A stretch of 64,000 nucleotides of DNA from Auanema rhodensis (lineage: Eukaryota > Animalia > Nematoda): positions 7,254,001 through 7,318,000 of the forward strand of contig OZ059897.1 of assembly GCA_964057225.1 (NCBI GenBank). The letters are read 5' to 3'. Position numbers and translations under genes: made by a program. Position 1 is the first letter of the stretch, and the number at the start of each line of letters is the position of its first letter. The notes under the pieces were generated by a model, which made no database searches, was not told the origin of the DNA, and saw only the letters and a program-made list of their open reading frames with translations. Shown piece by piece: positions 1-16,378 of the stretch.

Positions 1-1073
1 ATATTCAAAAATAGAAAATAGTATTATCGAGAAGTGATTATACTAAAAACATTGAGTGAGTTCCAATCAGTGAAATGCTTCTTTTGAATTTATACAGTTT
101 GTTGAACCTATGATGCACTGAATTCCATGTCCAAAAAGAGTTTCTCCAACCTTGCAGCAATTTGCAACTTGGCGACAGCTATATGTATGTATATATCAAT
201 GTTACTGGAAACAGGAAAAATTGAGTTTAGGTTTAGTGTGCCTACGATGTAACCTGAATGTTTCTATTTCATTTATTTCAATCTTGAGGTAATATCAACG
301 ATATACGATATAAAACACATAAACTATCTTAAAATTTGGAAGTTATTCAAATTAAAAGTGACAGTTCAGACATGCAAAGATACAAGGTTACATATACAGT
401 ATTGTAGAGTGTCAGTCAATATCTCTAAAGCTTATTATTAAAATCAATATAATATGGAAAAATAAAGTTTATTTCGTTATATTTATATTTAAAGAACTAA
501 AATATTGCCTATTGTCCCATATTTCTTCTGAAGCTTTAGTTTTAACGCTTATATGATACATGAAAACATATATTTACCTTTATATTTGATAATACCTGAT
601 AAATTTATCGTAAAATTCAATCACAGAATTCATAAAGTTTTATAAAAGTTGTTACAATATTTCGAAAGTTGAAATAGCTATTACTATATATGGTATTCTA
701 ATACGTGGACATTCTCGTCTACATGTAATAGTAGTACCAATATTATGCACTTGGTAGTTCATCAAAAACTTTAAGAAAAAAACAATGACCAAAAACAATA
801 TAAACTGATTATCCGATAAGCATGTAAACAGAGAAAAACAAAAAAATGTGATTAAATAACTACGTAATGAGCTAGAGAGAAGACATTTGTTTATGTATTA
901 AACATTTGAAGCTGATAGCTTGGAGTAAAGACAATAGTTCAAATAGAGGAACCAAAAAAGCATAGGAATATCCAAAAGAAAATGATAAAATCATGACGAG
1001 AAAGCTCCCAGAAGCATAACAAAGAAAAACATTTTAACGGACTTCAAGATTTAAAGATAAGGTTGAATTACAT

Positions 1074-2913
1074 TTAACAATCGTTGGCCCAATCATCATT
1101 GATATCATCCGTATCGATGAATTCGTTATGAACTTTATCTGTAAGAACATATATGTGAACATTCAGAGTAAACTCAAACTTACGGTTAGCTAAGACCTTC
1201 TGCCGTGGAGCAATAATACAATTGCTGACATCAGCTCCATCTTCGATTTCAACTTCAGAGCACAAAATACTATTGGTAACAATAGCTCTTAAAGAAAAAA
1301 ATATTTTAAGAAAAATTGCATGAATGCCTACAATTTGCCAATTTTTACACCTTCCATTAGTAAACTGTTTTGGACCTTCGATCTTTCATCAAGAACACAT
1401 CTAGCTCCTATGGAGCTTCTCTTAATTACACTTCCAACAGAAACCTTAAAAGTGGAAATAACAAAGAAGAATAGTGGTAAACTAACTTGAGCTTCATCAT
1501 CAATTCTGCTTTCAGCAACTGATATTTTAGTACTTTTATATTCAAAAGTTTGTCCAACACTTAATAGAGGAGAAACTCGAACCAAAGATTTAATGATCTG
1601 TAGGCAAATACATGAAATTGTCATAAATGTTTCAACAACGTACCGCTTTATTAGCTTCGAAATAAGACGCAATGTTATTACAATGTGCTGATACAGTTCC
1701 ATTTTCATGAGGAAGAACATAAGCCAAACATTTAATTTTATCGTCACTCTCTGAAATAAAATGAATAAATTTCAATAAACTAAATTAAGGACAATATGAT
1801 ATGCAACCGTTCGCAATAGAATTTTTGTCGAAAATGAAATAATGTGAGCAAGGTGAGTAATGTGAATAAAGACTAAAAATTTTTTAATTAAATTTTAAAA
1901 TTTATTAAAAAATTTTTGAATTTCAAATATTAATTTAGTTGTAGCATCAGGATCATGACTTACTTGATGCGTTTTGTTGTTCAAGCAAATAAGGGATAAA
2001 ATCTGCTTTCAAAGAAGACATATTCCTGAATTCAAGTTATGAATGAATAAAAAGGTAATGTTTCAAACTTTTTTAGAGATAATGTATTAAGTGTTCCATG
2101 TCTTATGATATAAACATGGCAATCATTTAATTGTGATGATAAACTGATGTTTGAGAACCTGGACAAGAGATAAAGTAAAAGAGAAATTGTGAAAGGCTTA
2201 CTTTTTCATCCAAGTGGCACCATTAACGGCCTTATCAAAATCTTCTTCTGCACTCAAAAAAACAAGTCTATTGGGATCAATAGATCTAGCAATGAAGTCT
2301 CTGCCTAAACCGAAAAATATTAAAGAGGAACGAAAACTCATAGCTAACCTTTACTACGCTTAAGTTTAGGACCAGGTACAGGCCCGGTAACACAATGATC
2401 ACATAATAAGCAACATAATGTAGCACTGTGAGCACGGAATTGATCAATCATTGGACGAAGGGATGCATCGGATACAAAATCTCCGGAAATAATAACAACA
2501 TCTCTCTAAACTGGATATGTATGCCTATCATAGTATACAAACATACGTCGATTTTTCCTAGGTATTCTCTGAGGACATCAGCAGTTCCCCAATCGTGGTC
2601 CTTATCGATAAAAAACGGTTTAACTATAGACCCTTCAAATGTGAACATTGGCGTATTAAGCAAGTTAAGAACTTCGGCTTCAATAGAGTCTCGGAAAAAA
2701 ATTCGGATATCTAAAGTTTAAGAGGAAACATAAGACATAAAGTAGTCAAGAAAAGTTAAAACCTTTGACTCCTGCTTTGGCCAGAGTGTTCAAAGAATAC
2801 CAAAACATAGGTATACCAGCTACAGGCAACAGCGATTTCGGTATATTTTCACATAATTCGGGCATTCTGTTGCCAACGCCTCCACTCATCACAACTCCAA
2901 TGAGTTCGGACAT
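1074..2913 (-). CDS. ppp-1: Translation initiation factor eIF2B gamma subunit (nucleotidyltransferase-like domain + C-terminal hexapeptide/LbH repeats), ~10 exons
   Basis: Spliced translation MSELIGVVMSGGVGNRMPELCENIPKSLLPVAGIPMFWYSL...DWGTADVLR...ISGDFVSD...NDCHVYI...SSLKADFIPYL...IKRSSIGARC...NSLLMEGVKIG...SNCII; GT-AG introns; TAA at 1074-1076. Confidence 0.92.
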
Positions 2914-3121
2914 TTTCGAAGTCTAACCAATAAAGTTTTTTAAGCAATACTTAAGAAGAGGTTTGCTCGGTAGTTATGGATAACCAGTTATTGTTTGAAA
3001 ATATTTTTAAAAAATAATTTATTTATTGAGCCTCACACCTGTAAGATAACACCTAAAACTGCAAACGGTAAAACGATGAAAACAATGAAATCGTAAAAAA
3101 TATGAGAAAACAACGATAAAT

Positions 3122-4353
3122 TTAAAGGAAGAAAGGAACAATAGCAGTTCTTCCCTTGGGATAGTCACTGAATTCCTTCTTGTAAGCACGGTGCTTCTGC
3201 TTAGCCCAGATGGCCATTTGAGCAAAACCGGCAAGAGTGAAGATAAGAGCTAAAACAATTCATCGAATAAGACAAAAATCTTACAAATTTTATACCTGGA
3301 AGACTCTGGGTCATGAAAGAGAATGAAAGCCAGGCAGCAACTTCGTAAGTGTAGTTAGGGCAGGAGACGAAATTGAAGAGCAAGCTGAAAAAAAATTAAT
3401 ATGGTTGTTCAAATTATTAAGAAACCTCATTGGGTTTCCATCAGGCTTGGGGATCTTGCGTTCGCGAGTTCCAGCTGGTCTGAGGTTGCGAAGAAGAATA
3501 TGGATAGAAAGGTTACCTAAAAAAATATCGTTATAAAGAAAAACATCAAATTATTACCGAATTCAGCAGCCAAAAATCCGGCTAAACCAAGGTAAATTTG
3601 AGCCTTTCCGAAAATTGGGAGAGAATAGAATGGATGGTTAACGAAATAAGAAACAAAAGCACAGAATCCCCAATAGTAAGAGCAGTTCTGTATAATCATT
3701 AAACTTAAATTGAACTGGAAACTAAAACAACCTTGAAAAGATTGAATCGTGGCATAGTTCCATTGGAGAATCTGTGGATGAATTGAGTTTCAAATAATCT
3801 CTTAGCGTAATGAATACACCAGCAAATGCAGGCAAAGGAGACAACATCGGCAACTGGGGCCTTAGCGGCTTCTTGAGAATCTTCGTTATTACATCTCATA
3901 ATTCAAAAATACATACCAGCACCATAGATGAAAGATGGGCGGAAATAGAACAATGGATAGATGAAGAATGGTCCAGCATACTCAGTAAGGAAAACGGTCT
4001 TCCATGCAACTTGTGGTCCTAAATCTCTCAAGAATAATTGACCATTCTGTCCGGACAGTCCAAGCTCAGAGAGCTGAAAAGGATAAAAGTTGTCAATTTG
4101 AAAATAGAAATTAAAAACTTTTTTGTCATCAGGAATAGATTTTCCTTTAGCATCAGCACGTAGAGCTTGTCTTTCAACAGAGAGATAAGGTTCTAAACAA
4201 CTTAATGAGAAGTAAAACATGAAAAAACATACTCTCTTTGTGGATGAGCTTCTTTACTGCCAAAACGGTATCATTGGCATCCAGGCTAGTGAAGGTGCCA
4301 ATGATTTTCTTGGTGTTTTTGGCATCAAAAACTTCCAGCTTGAAGGAACCCAT
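3122..4353 (-). CDS. art-1: Very-long-chain trans-2,3-enoyl-CoA reductase (TECR/TSC13 family)
   Basis: N-terminal ubiquitin-like part, LFLRDLGPQVAWKTVFLTEYAGP, HYAKRLFETQFIHRFSNGTMP, NCSYYWGF, VSCPNYTYE, ending YPKGRTAIVPFFL*. Confidence 0.95.
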
Positions 4354-4735
4354 GTCTTCTAGAAATGTTTCTTTTAAAAAGAGTAAAGATGAAAATTGGT
4401 TGAGAAGAATACAAGAATATTCCCACAGACCACTGACATTGGCCCCACTAGGAAAATGATAATGGCATGATAACATGCAATGGTGTGATAACGTAGCCTC
4501 ACAGAAATAGAATAAAACAATCGAAATAAAAATCTTTAAAAAAAAGTAAGTAAAACTGTCTGATAAAACAGAAAATCAAGATAAGAAAAATGCGAAATAT
4601 TCCACTATTTTAATTGTTTATAACAAAAGAAACTATAAAGCAAATAGACAAAAAACACGTACTAAGTAAAATCACACGTAGTTTCCAAAGGCACCAGGCT
4701 CAAAATATACAACTTTCACATATATATACATACTT

Positions 4736-6834
<2,099 letters not shown>

Positions 6835-7086
6835 GCTTTGACGGTTATCAGTAATCAATGAGAAGAATGACCGGCAGGTGGACACATTACCAATTTTTAG
6901 TGGAACCGGTTTTTACAATAGTCCGCAAGATTTTTACAATTTAATCTTACGGTAGCAAAAAAGTCGTAAATAAGGTTCAACGCTTGCCTTATTTGATTTT
7001 ATTTAGTATTTTTCTTGGTGTCGGTTGATTTTTGTTCAAAGTATTAAATTTTTAATTTTTATAATTCTGTTTCAATTTTTAGCATA

Positions 7087-8646
7087 ATGTCGGCACGCGA
7101 TGCTATGGCCGCTATGCTCGATGAGCTGATGGGTCCGAAGAGAAATGTTGACCTTGGTAAAGACACCACTGTAAAGTATGATGTAAGTGAAGTTAAATTG
7201 GAAACGTTTTTGAATTATGTTATTCTGCAGGACCCTGATGTATGTAAATATTATATTGCCGGTTTCTGTCCACATGATATGTTTGTAAACACGAAAGCTG
7301 ACTTAGGTAAAAAATATTTAAATTAATGTTTCGCTTTATTTTGTTTTCTTAGGTCCATGTCCTAAATTACATGACGATAATTTACGAATATCTTACCCGG
7401 AAAGTAAAGAATATGAGAAACTAGGTTTTGAACGGGATTTTTTGAGATTTCTGACTAGACTGGAAGAAGAAAATCAGAGACGAATTAAAAAAAATAAAGA
7501 TAAATTAAGGTCAAACGACGAATATGGACAGGTAAGGCTTTATATCACTATTTTAAGTTATGTAAGCTTCTATTTAGAAAAAAGATGAAGAGCGAAAGCA
7601 AAAACTTGATCAGGATCTCGCGCAAATTGATGCAGATATAAAAAAAGCAATGGAAGATGCTGAAGAGGTTGTTACTATACATATATAATGAACTCATTGA
7701 AAGTTATAGGCTGGAAACCGAGGGGAAGTAGCTTTATCTCATGAACTGGTAGGTAAAGCTGAAGCTTTGGAACGGTCTCGAGCAGCTTTTGTTCAGGTTT
7801 GTATTTATTTTCAATTTATATTTATTTGTTTTCTTATAGAGGATGGCTTTGGAGCATCCTGAAATTGATGACGGTGTCCGACCAAAAGATGTGAGTTGTT
7901 ATAATGTTTAAATATAATCTTTTGTTTTTCTTAAGGTATGTGAAGTGTGTGGTTCCATATTAATACGAAATGACGCTCCAAATCGTGTTGAGGAACATCT
8001 TTCCGGTAAAATGCATGTGGGATTTGCTAAAATTCAGCTGACTATTAAGGAATTTGAGGTAAGTATTTCGTGAAGTTTTCGCCACTTTCTTTCTAATTGT
8101 GCTCTCGATATGAGTAACTCGCGCGTTCTCTGTAATTCTTAAGATATTGGGTTAGTAGAAACATTACAGTGTTGCAAATTCTGTTTCCTTAAGACTTGAT
8201 TGGTCGCTATATCTCTTCAAGATGATTAAGCAGGTACCCTGTGAATTTGAATGTGAAAGCGATTTTCCTCGATGATACAATATATGTGCAAAAATTTTTG
8301 TTAAATTGTTTTTTTTTCAGACCCGCATGAAGAAGAAGCAAGAAGATCTTGATAAAGAGCGAAAAGCCAAAAAAAAAAGGTATCATCATTTCTTATCTCT
8401 CTTACTATATAACCGTTATTTCAGCGCCGAGAGAGATACTCGAGACAGGAAAAGATCAAGGTCCCCCCGTGAGCGCCGAGATAGAGAGAGGGATCGTGAC
8501 TCCAGGCGGTAATTTTTTTTTACTATATACGTGTTAGCTCATTGTGCATGTATTTCAGGAATAGATCTCGATCCCGTGAGAAGCCTCGTTATAATGGAAG
8601 AGATAGAGACAGAGATCGTGATCGTGATCGCAGACACCGTCGTTAG
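7087..8646 (+). CDS. LUC7-family U1 snRNP splicing factor (LUC7L3-like): two zinc fingers and RS/RD-rich tail
   Basis: MSARDAMAAMLDELMG...VCKYYIAGFCPHDMFVNTKADLGPC; VCEVCGSIL...HLSGKMHVGF; RSRSPRERRDRERDRD tail; TAG at 8644-8646. Confidence 0.92.
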
Positions 8647-9899
8647 ATCTCAATAATGTATTAAAGTGTTAATGTATTTAGTTAATTGATATAGGTTCAA
8701 GTAACTCATTCTTGTTAATATGATAATTCCCTAAGGGAGGGGATATTTTCTGGTTATACTCAGACTTCGCATTAATAAAATTAACAAAATTTTTAATAAT
8801 AAGGATCAATCATACCTTAATTTCGTACTTGTTATATGAATCATATGAACACTTTGTTAATCTTAATTGACTATTTCCATTTTGGAAGATTTTCTGGCTT
8901 TGTTGTAATACGTATCTTCATGTCCTAACAATGAAAGCAGTATTCTCATCAGAATTTCCAGTTTGAGTAGTGTATAGTCTAGAAAAATGAGGTTCCTTCA
9001 ATCTGAGTTCTAATTATTGTTTCTAAAAAAATGCTTAATTGGCAAGCAAACAAGATTTGAAAACAAATTATTCTGTTACAATGAAAAGCGGGTAGTACAA
9101 CAGATATCTGTTGAATTTGGCTCCGCTTAAAAATAGTTCCTAAGGAAGTTATTTATCACAATCCATGTTATAGCCTTCTCTACATTATTGTGTAAATTCA
9201 AATTTAAGCGTTTATACATTATGCATGGAATTTGATAAGATAAAAGACTTTCAAAGCCTCATTTGTTATTTTAACTGCTCCAATACGGCACTAGCTTCTT
9301 TAAAGATGATATTGCCAAAAAAGGGCTGTAGATGAAATATTGTTTACTAATGTTCTAACTGAAACGAAGTTCCAAAACAAAGCGAATTTGATAGTGAAGA
9401 TTGAAAGATAAAACATGATCTTAAGGATTTATTTTGGCAATCGTCGGGTTGCATCACAAATCTGTCAGAAATAGTAACAAACAAGGAAACGTCTAAGTTT
9501 ATGCTAATTAACATTCATACGTGAATATCTTTGACTTCTACTATTAGTTCGCCATTTATAGTTGCTTTTCGACGCACAATACTATTGTTTCCGAAAATTT
9601 CTCCCAATTCCCAAGTTTTCCATTTAAATTCTTTTCTGGTTTCATTTTTCCTAATTCTCACTAAGCTATGTTATGCCCCGCCCTCTTACTACCCTAAATG
9701 TGAGGTTCTAAAGTACATCTCAGACAACCCCCATAAGACATTAGCATGAGGACAGGAAGATCAGAAAAGTTCGTTCTGAACGAATGTTATTCTTATTTTC
9801 GTGATTTTATTATATTTTTTCTACTATATTTTGCAGTTTTTCATTCAAATAACATTGAATCAAACTTTGTCTAATCCACATTTCTATTAAATATAAATA

Positions 9900-12800
9900 T
9901 ATATATGCTATTATTTGTATTTAAAATTGAAATATATACAAGATTGGATTACTTTTAATGGTTTTTTTCTTCCGATTGTCGTCATTTCTAATCTTATTGC
10001 TCTCCTAATTCATCATTATAACCTCTGTATTTCTTCGATCTTCGAAATATTTTACTTCTTTTGGCCTTCTTTCTGCTCTTTGTGTCAGTAATCAGAAATT
10101 TATGAATCAGATCGCAAGTGCTTAGTGCCTAGATTCATACTCGAAACTATTCATACTTATGATGTCCTCAATTCTTGCGCTTCCACTTAGTTAAGTCGTC
10201 GTCGAAAAGAATGTTTTGAATAGCCTCTCAGTAAATTTGATCTATTCTGTTGGAGAATGCATCATCATGGCAACTGTTTGCGCTCGCTTTATTGCATTGC
10301 CACCGTTTTCCGCTTTCATCACCCGAATGTAGTGATGCCTATCAGCGTTTTTTCAGCCGAGCAGCATGGGCGTTTCCATATTGAAATTCTGCGCCGTAGA
10401 AGGTTCAATTCTTCAATGTGAAATGACAATGTCTGGGTGGATTCTGTCCCTTTCGAAGCGTAGTTGTCCTCTTCCGATATCTGCTTCGTTGATTTTCTTG
10501 TATACACTCAACAGCTTAACTCTCAATTTCTCTCGATCTTGTAAGTCGTCAGCAGCGGAAACGTGGTCGAGACAAACGTTCGTAATTGTTCTGAATACAT
10601 GCTTGAGCCCTGGTTCGTCCAGCTTTTCCATGCTCGTCTATCTTCTCATTCTCTCTAGCCTCCTTCCTTTATCTATTGCTAACTCTCTATATTGAGCATT
10701 CTTCATTTTTTCTATTTTTCTCCTTTTTTCTACATTCTATCTCAATATTTCACTTTTCTCATTTTCTGTTTTTTTTAAACTTCCCAGGCTCCCCAAGCTC
10801 AGCTGTCTGATTTTGTGTTTTTTTTGTTGTTTTCTCATATGCTTTTTGGCCACTAGTTCTAGCTTCTGCTTCTTATTCTTCTCCTTTTTTTCTTTTTTTT
10901 TTGGTTTTACAGCCATATTTCATTTTTATTCATGTTTACTAGACCTCTAATCTTTTACCAGTGTACGTATGAATGTAAGTGCCTGTCAACGTTCCCCATT
11001 CAAAGTATGAGTTCATTATCAGTGATCACTTTCATGCTCATCCTCACTTCATTGCTGTCATAGTCCTCATCGTCGAATGTCATGTCGACCAATAAGCGTA
11101 TGTTCAATTGCCATTTTGCTACATACATTATTCTTGAAAGCTATGAAACCCGCTATTCAGGAATAGTATGATGCTATATCGGTTTAGTCGTCTTCATTCA
11201 GTGAGCACGACGAGAATCATTAGCTTCCACATCTCCAATCGTCAGAATTTAAAATTTTCTTCTCGTGCACTCTCTCAGATTTCTTGTAGCTCAATTTAGT
11301 TTGTTACTTGAATCGTATCTCAAAAACTAGCTCAACAATCAGCCCTAATCTCTTGCTGTCTTGTTCAGCTTTCACTTCTTCGCTAACAGCATCACAAAAT
11401 TTCGTATTCTTACTCCAGTTTCTCCTGTTTATGCACTCTGTCTTATTGTTTTTTCACGAACAGTTTCCTGATATTGCGTTTTAAACTCATTTACACTCAG
11501 CTTCACTTTCTCTCTTTCTCTTTCTCTCTCTCTCTCTCTTTTCCATGTGAGTCTGTTTTCGTATATGGAGTCGAAGTTGTCAAATCTTGTATATGGGCTT
11601 CTATCTTTCATCATCTTCTGGACATACATATATCATTTTTCGAAATAGTGTAGATGAGAAGCTCTTCAGAACATAATAAGTGTCAGATTGCCCTTTATCA
11701 ACAAATCATTTTCATCTCCTTCCAATGTCTTAATCCGATGCACAAGGTAATAGCAGACCTCATATTGGATGACAATGGCAAAATTTGAATTGTGTCATGT
11801 GATTTGGGTCATTCATAACTTTTAAGCCCATCATATTGTTCTACTTCTCTGCCCAGGACTTTTGATTTATTTACTATAATCTTTCACAATCTGCTCTCCG
11901 CAATCTTTTTTTTTGCTTTTCCGGCCACTAGGTCAAGCACGAATGAGCTTGAATCATAGCATTGTTCCGGCTATTCGTCTTCATCCATATTCGTTCGTTT
12001 TCAGCATTCATGTCCTGAGAATAAACTTTTTTAGACTTTGTTTTCTAGGTAGGCATATTCATCTACACAACACTTCATATAGAATTCAGAAGATGATTTT
12101 TTAATAAGAAAACGAAAAGGATGACGAAGAAAAAAGTAGATTTCAAAGAAAGTTCAACAGACTCTACCAAAACTGTTATTCATGGTTTTTAATGATTGTT
12201 GCTTGTCTGAAACTCTTGATAATATCTTTCTATTACATTAGAAAGCTTATAGTTTTAGTAATTAGCCTTAGTGCTTACTTTGGCTTCTGGAGATTCTACT
12301 GCACGGAACGTTCATTGGATTTCTTTTCGTATCTTCAAATTCTATTTTCACTGTTCTAATAGTTTCCTTTCGTTATTGACACTCAGGAAGCTTCTATCTT
12401 TACTGTCCTATGAAACGAAATAAAAGTTTTATCTGTTTTTCTTTAAGAGCTTTATCTTGAAAGATGAGAACCCCTTCGGGATACTTTTTTATTAAATTAA
12501 TGCAATGTTTCTTCTTATCATTCAATAACGTCACTCAGGAGCTTCTCGTTTTTCATAAATGTTTGAGTCAGCGCAATGAGACGACGAGGCGTCACTCCTT
12601 ACATGAAACGAAGTAGCGAAGGAAATACTCGCCTATATCAAATTCGCTCGTTAGACTTAGCCCTACCCTTGTCTTTTGCTACTTTTTCTCTTTTCTCAAC
12701 CCGTCTTCTTGCATATTGTTTAGCTTTGATGCAACTAAGTTATTTTTTTCTGCAGCCAGGCTTTATTTCTTTGCGTTTGTCATCTTTTGGCAGAATACAA

Positions 12801-13080
12801 GAATTCTCTTTTCCACGTTAACCCATAAATTGTCAGATATTTTCCTTGGATATTCCGCTTATATCTCTTCCATGTCAAGCATTATGCTGTTAGTGCTTTA
12901 GTTTTCTAACAAGAAAAGTTTTTGATTAGTCGTCGGGAACATAAAGATTGCTCAAGAGACTAATTTTGATCGAAAAACTGAACTCGTCAGATTGCAGTGG
13001 ATGATTTCCCAAATTACAGATCTTCTAGCCAGCGTAGAGAGTAAAAGATGTAGCATCTAGTATCTGAAAGCCGACATGCC
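9900..13080 (-). mobile_element. Heavily decayed intronless coding-like sequence, probably a retroelement (gag/accessory ORF) remnant; boundaries approximate
   Basis: About 3 kb of purine-rich minus strand with K/E-rich reading-frame fragments broken by many stops, lacking the short-intron pattern of neighbouring genes; no diagnostic domain recognised. Confidence 0.3.
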
Positions 13081-13407
13081 ATAGCCATATTTGCCTTCCA
13101 AACTTTTATTTTTTATATAAAAGTCTATGGTTCTTTCACTCTTACGTTCCCGAAATATGATATTGTGTCATGTATTGTTTTTGTTCCTTCATTAGTATAT
13201 TGATGTTATTACAATATTTTCTCCGTTTTCTTTTTTCTTTTTTTTTTATTGGTGGATGTCTAAAATTAAGATTGTATCTTAAAAATACTATCTGTTTTCT
13301 TCATGACACGTTAGTTTGTATTTGACAATTTCATATTTATTTGTCTTATTATTCATTTTTCAAAAAATTAAAACAAAAACCACAAAAAATCACATTTCAG
13401 ATATAAC

Positions 13408-15059
13408 ATGAATATACGACGGGGTGAGGAAAACTTAGGCAAAATTCTTTATTCTTCATCTCGTAATATCATTGTGAGCCATGTTTCTGCTTTTTCCTAT
13501 TGTCATTTATAAATTCCAGACATCATACAAAGACCGCAAAGACAACAACCAAACATCTAGCAGACACAAAAAAATTATAATAGAGTAAGAAATTCTAATG
13601 GAATGATGAATTTGAAAATTGGTTTAGTGACATTGCCAACGGAACTGAGCGATTTTCTGTTCCTGTCGTCAATGATATAGATAATACTTATCCAAATGAA
13701 TTTGTGTATACAACAAGGGTTGTAGATAATAATGGCATATTGAAGTCAACTACTGCAGCTTATCAATTGGTATATAATATAGAATATAAATTATACTGAA
13801 TATATGTATTTCTATTAATAGGCTTGCTACTGCAAAGATCAATGTGATATTGACTGTGCTTGTAATTCGGAGGTGTACGATTCGAACGGTAAACTAATTT
13901 TACTATTTAGACTTTTATTATTAATCAATAATTATAATTATAAAAAAACTTACTAATATTTTGTGAAAATTATTTTAAAAATTCAACCGTGTCACGGGCG
14001 TGTGCAAATTAAAAATGAAAGCATTGATAATTCACGTTCTAATGACGTGAATGTTAAGTGCATACTACTTTATGCTAAAATCAAAACGAATTATTAACAT
14101 TAAATATAGTGTACCTTTCACTTCAATAGGACAGTCAATTTCAGTCAATTATTCTAAAATTGCAGAAAAATATATTTGTGTATATATATATGTGTATATG
14201 AATGTATATGTACATATTATATATAATTGTATTTTAGGCTGGGCTAGGGAATCTAGGCTGGATGGGCCATTTCTGGAATGTGGATCTGATTGTCATTGTA
14301 GTATGCAATGTGGTAATAGAGTTGCACAAAAAGGCTCCAAATATCGTATTGAAGTAATCAAATGAAACTAGAATTGAAAAATAATTTGTCTTTTAAAAAC
14401 ATAGATTTTTCGAACAAATGATAAGCGTGGCTGGGGAGTTCGAGCTCTAACAAAAATACCATCAGGCGCATTTCTGGGTGAATATACTGGGGAGCTTTTG
14501 CATGATGCTGAAGCTAATCGTCGAATGGATTCATATCTGTTTGAAACGACCGTGGTTTGTCACATTATGCTATTCGACGTTTGCAATTGATTATTCTTTA
14601 AGGGAGAAAACACATACACCGTAGATGCACGTTTATTTGGTAATTTTACAAGATTTATAAATCATAGCTGTGAACCTAATGCTAAGGTTAGAATACAACT
14701 ATTCTCAGTTGAATTTGATTTTTCTTCAGGTATGTATGGTTGTATGGGATTGGCAAACGGATCAGTTGAATCATATTTGTGTATTTGCCTGTCGAAATAT
14801 AGCTAAAGGAGAAGAAATCACAATATCATATGGAGATCACTGGTGGAGATCAAAAGTAACCTAATTGATCCAACAAATTTTCTTTTATCTTTGAATATTA
14901 CATCAGATCATGGAACATGCTTGTTTATGTCGCGAAAGTCAATGTCGCTTCAACGAATCCGTTCGAACAAGCCTACTCTCAAAGACTGGCGAGAATTCAG
15001 TAGGAGATAGTACAGCAAGTGAAGACAGTTACTCAGATAATGGCCAATCCCAGGAATAA
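13408..15059 (+). CDS. Pre-SET/SET/post-SET histone lysine methyltransferase (SUV39/EHMT-like; set-11-like)
   Basis: [18 protein letters not shown]; pre-[16 protein letters not shown]...[20 protein letters not shown]; RGWGVRA...GEYTGE; [20 protein letters not shown]; GEEITISYG; post-[11 protein letters not shown]. Confidence 0.88.
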
Positions 15060-16378
15060 ATTGAACATTAGTTTGCCTTTTATATGATCTTTCTCATGCT
15101 TTCAAGAAATCATCTTTCAAATTCAAGAGTCCTTCAAATCTTACACAGATTCAATAATTCTAAACTAAACCGAATTACGGGTAAAATAGTCTGTTTGGAA
15201 CAAAATAATCTTTCAAAATGTCTGTATATGTATATGTATATTTGTATTTGCATTTTCTTTTTTTTTATTCCAAAACTTATAAAACAGATTTTATTTTTTG
15301 AATAGTAAAAGCTAACATATAATATTTTGGTAGCTTTTTACTTGTTTAGGTGAAATCTCAGTGATATTTGTGCCAATTTTTATTGAAAGTAACAGCGTTC
15401 TAACCTAACTATATCTATTTTTGCCATAGCATTGCCAAAAGAAGACGCTTGCCGTGTTTATTTTTGATTTGCTCACATTGTCATCACGTACATATTTTAT
15501 ATTTTTTCTATATCCATATGTAAAAACAGTGATTGTTTTTTTTTTAATTTTAAATGAATATTCTTATGATATTTTGCTTTTTTTCTCAATGAAAATAAAA
15601 ATGTTTGTTTGGGAAGATTCATGACAATGTCTGCTTCTATATTTCTTCGACTTTTGTCTTAGATATCTGTCTATATGCTTCATTGTCATTACATCCCAAT
15701 TCTGTTTGTAGTTTTAGAATACGTGAGATTCACGTGCCGTCACGTCATTATACTTTTACACGCCATTCAAGTAAGTTGAGTTATTTACATGTGTGATTAG
15801 TGAACGGTTGTCTTTATCTGCTCAATCGTCTTCTTCCTTCTCTGATTTACATTTTCTTTCCATTAGACTTCTCTTTTTTTTCTGGGCTTCTGTTTCTACC
15901 CTTTGTGCCTGAACGCTGCTAGCCTGGCATTTGATGTGGGCGGGGTGTCCCCCTGAATTAGCCATCGTCTCAAGCTCAGAACTACGTCGTCGGATAGAAG
16001 TAGTCCTCTTCTCTTTTTTCTTTCTCTGGCTTTTCCTTTTTACTTTCCTGTTCCTTCTGTTAAAGTTATTTTGGAAAATTCTTCTCATATATGTTCACAA
16101 TTCCGTGTCAATACCCGTAGAACTTGCACAGCCGGCAAATCATAGCAGTACGAATTTTTGTTTTGTGCTTCTTCACATCAGCTGCTGCTCAGGTCTCACT
16201 GTCTTTTGTTCGGATACTTCTTCTGTTTTCACACTTGTATTTCAAGCAATATCACCATTTCTATCCAAATATTAAATTTTTTTTCTCTTATATACTAGAT
16301 GAATACATGGTAACCTATTCAGGATTTAATCTCTACCAGCTTGAACTCTCTTATGTGAAGGTGCAAAACAAGTTAGCA

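Noticed and set aside
67-179. Possible Cys-rich terminal exon on the minus strand (CRQVANCCKVGETLFGHGIQCIIG...)
   Set aside because: Upstream exons could not be assembled consistently; not enough support for a gene call
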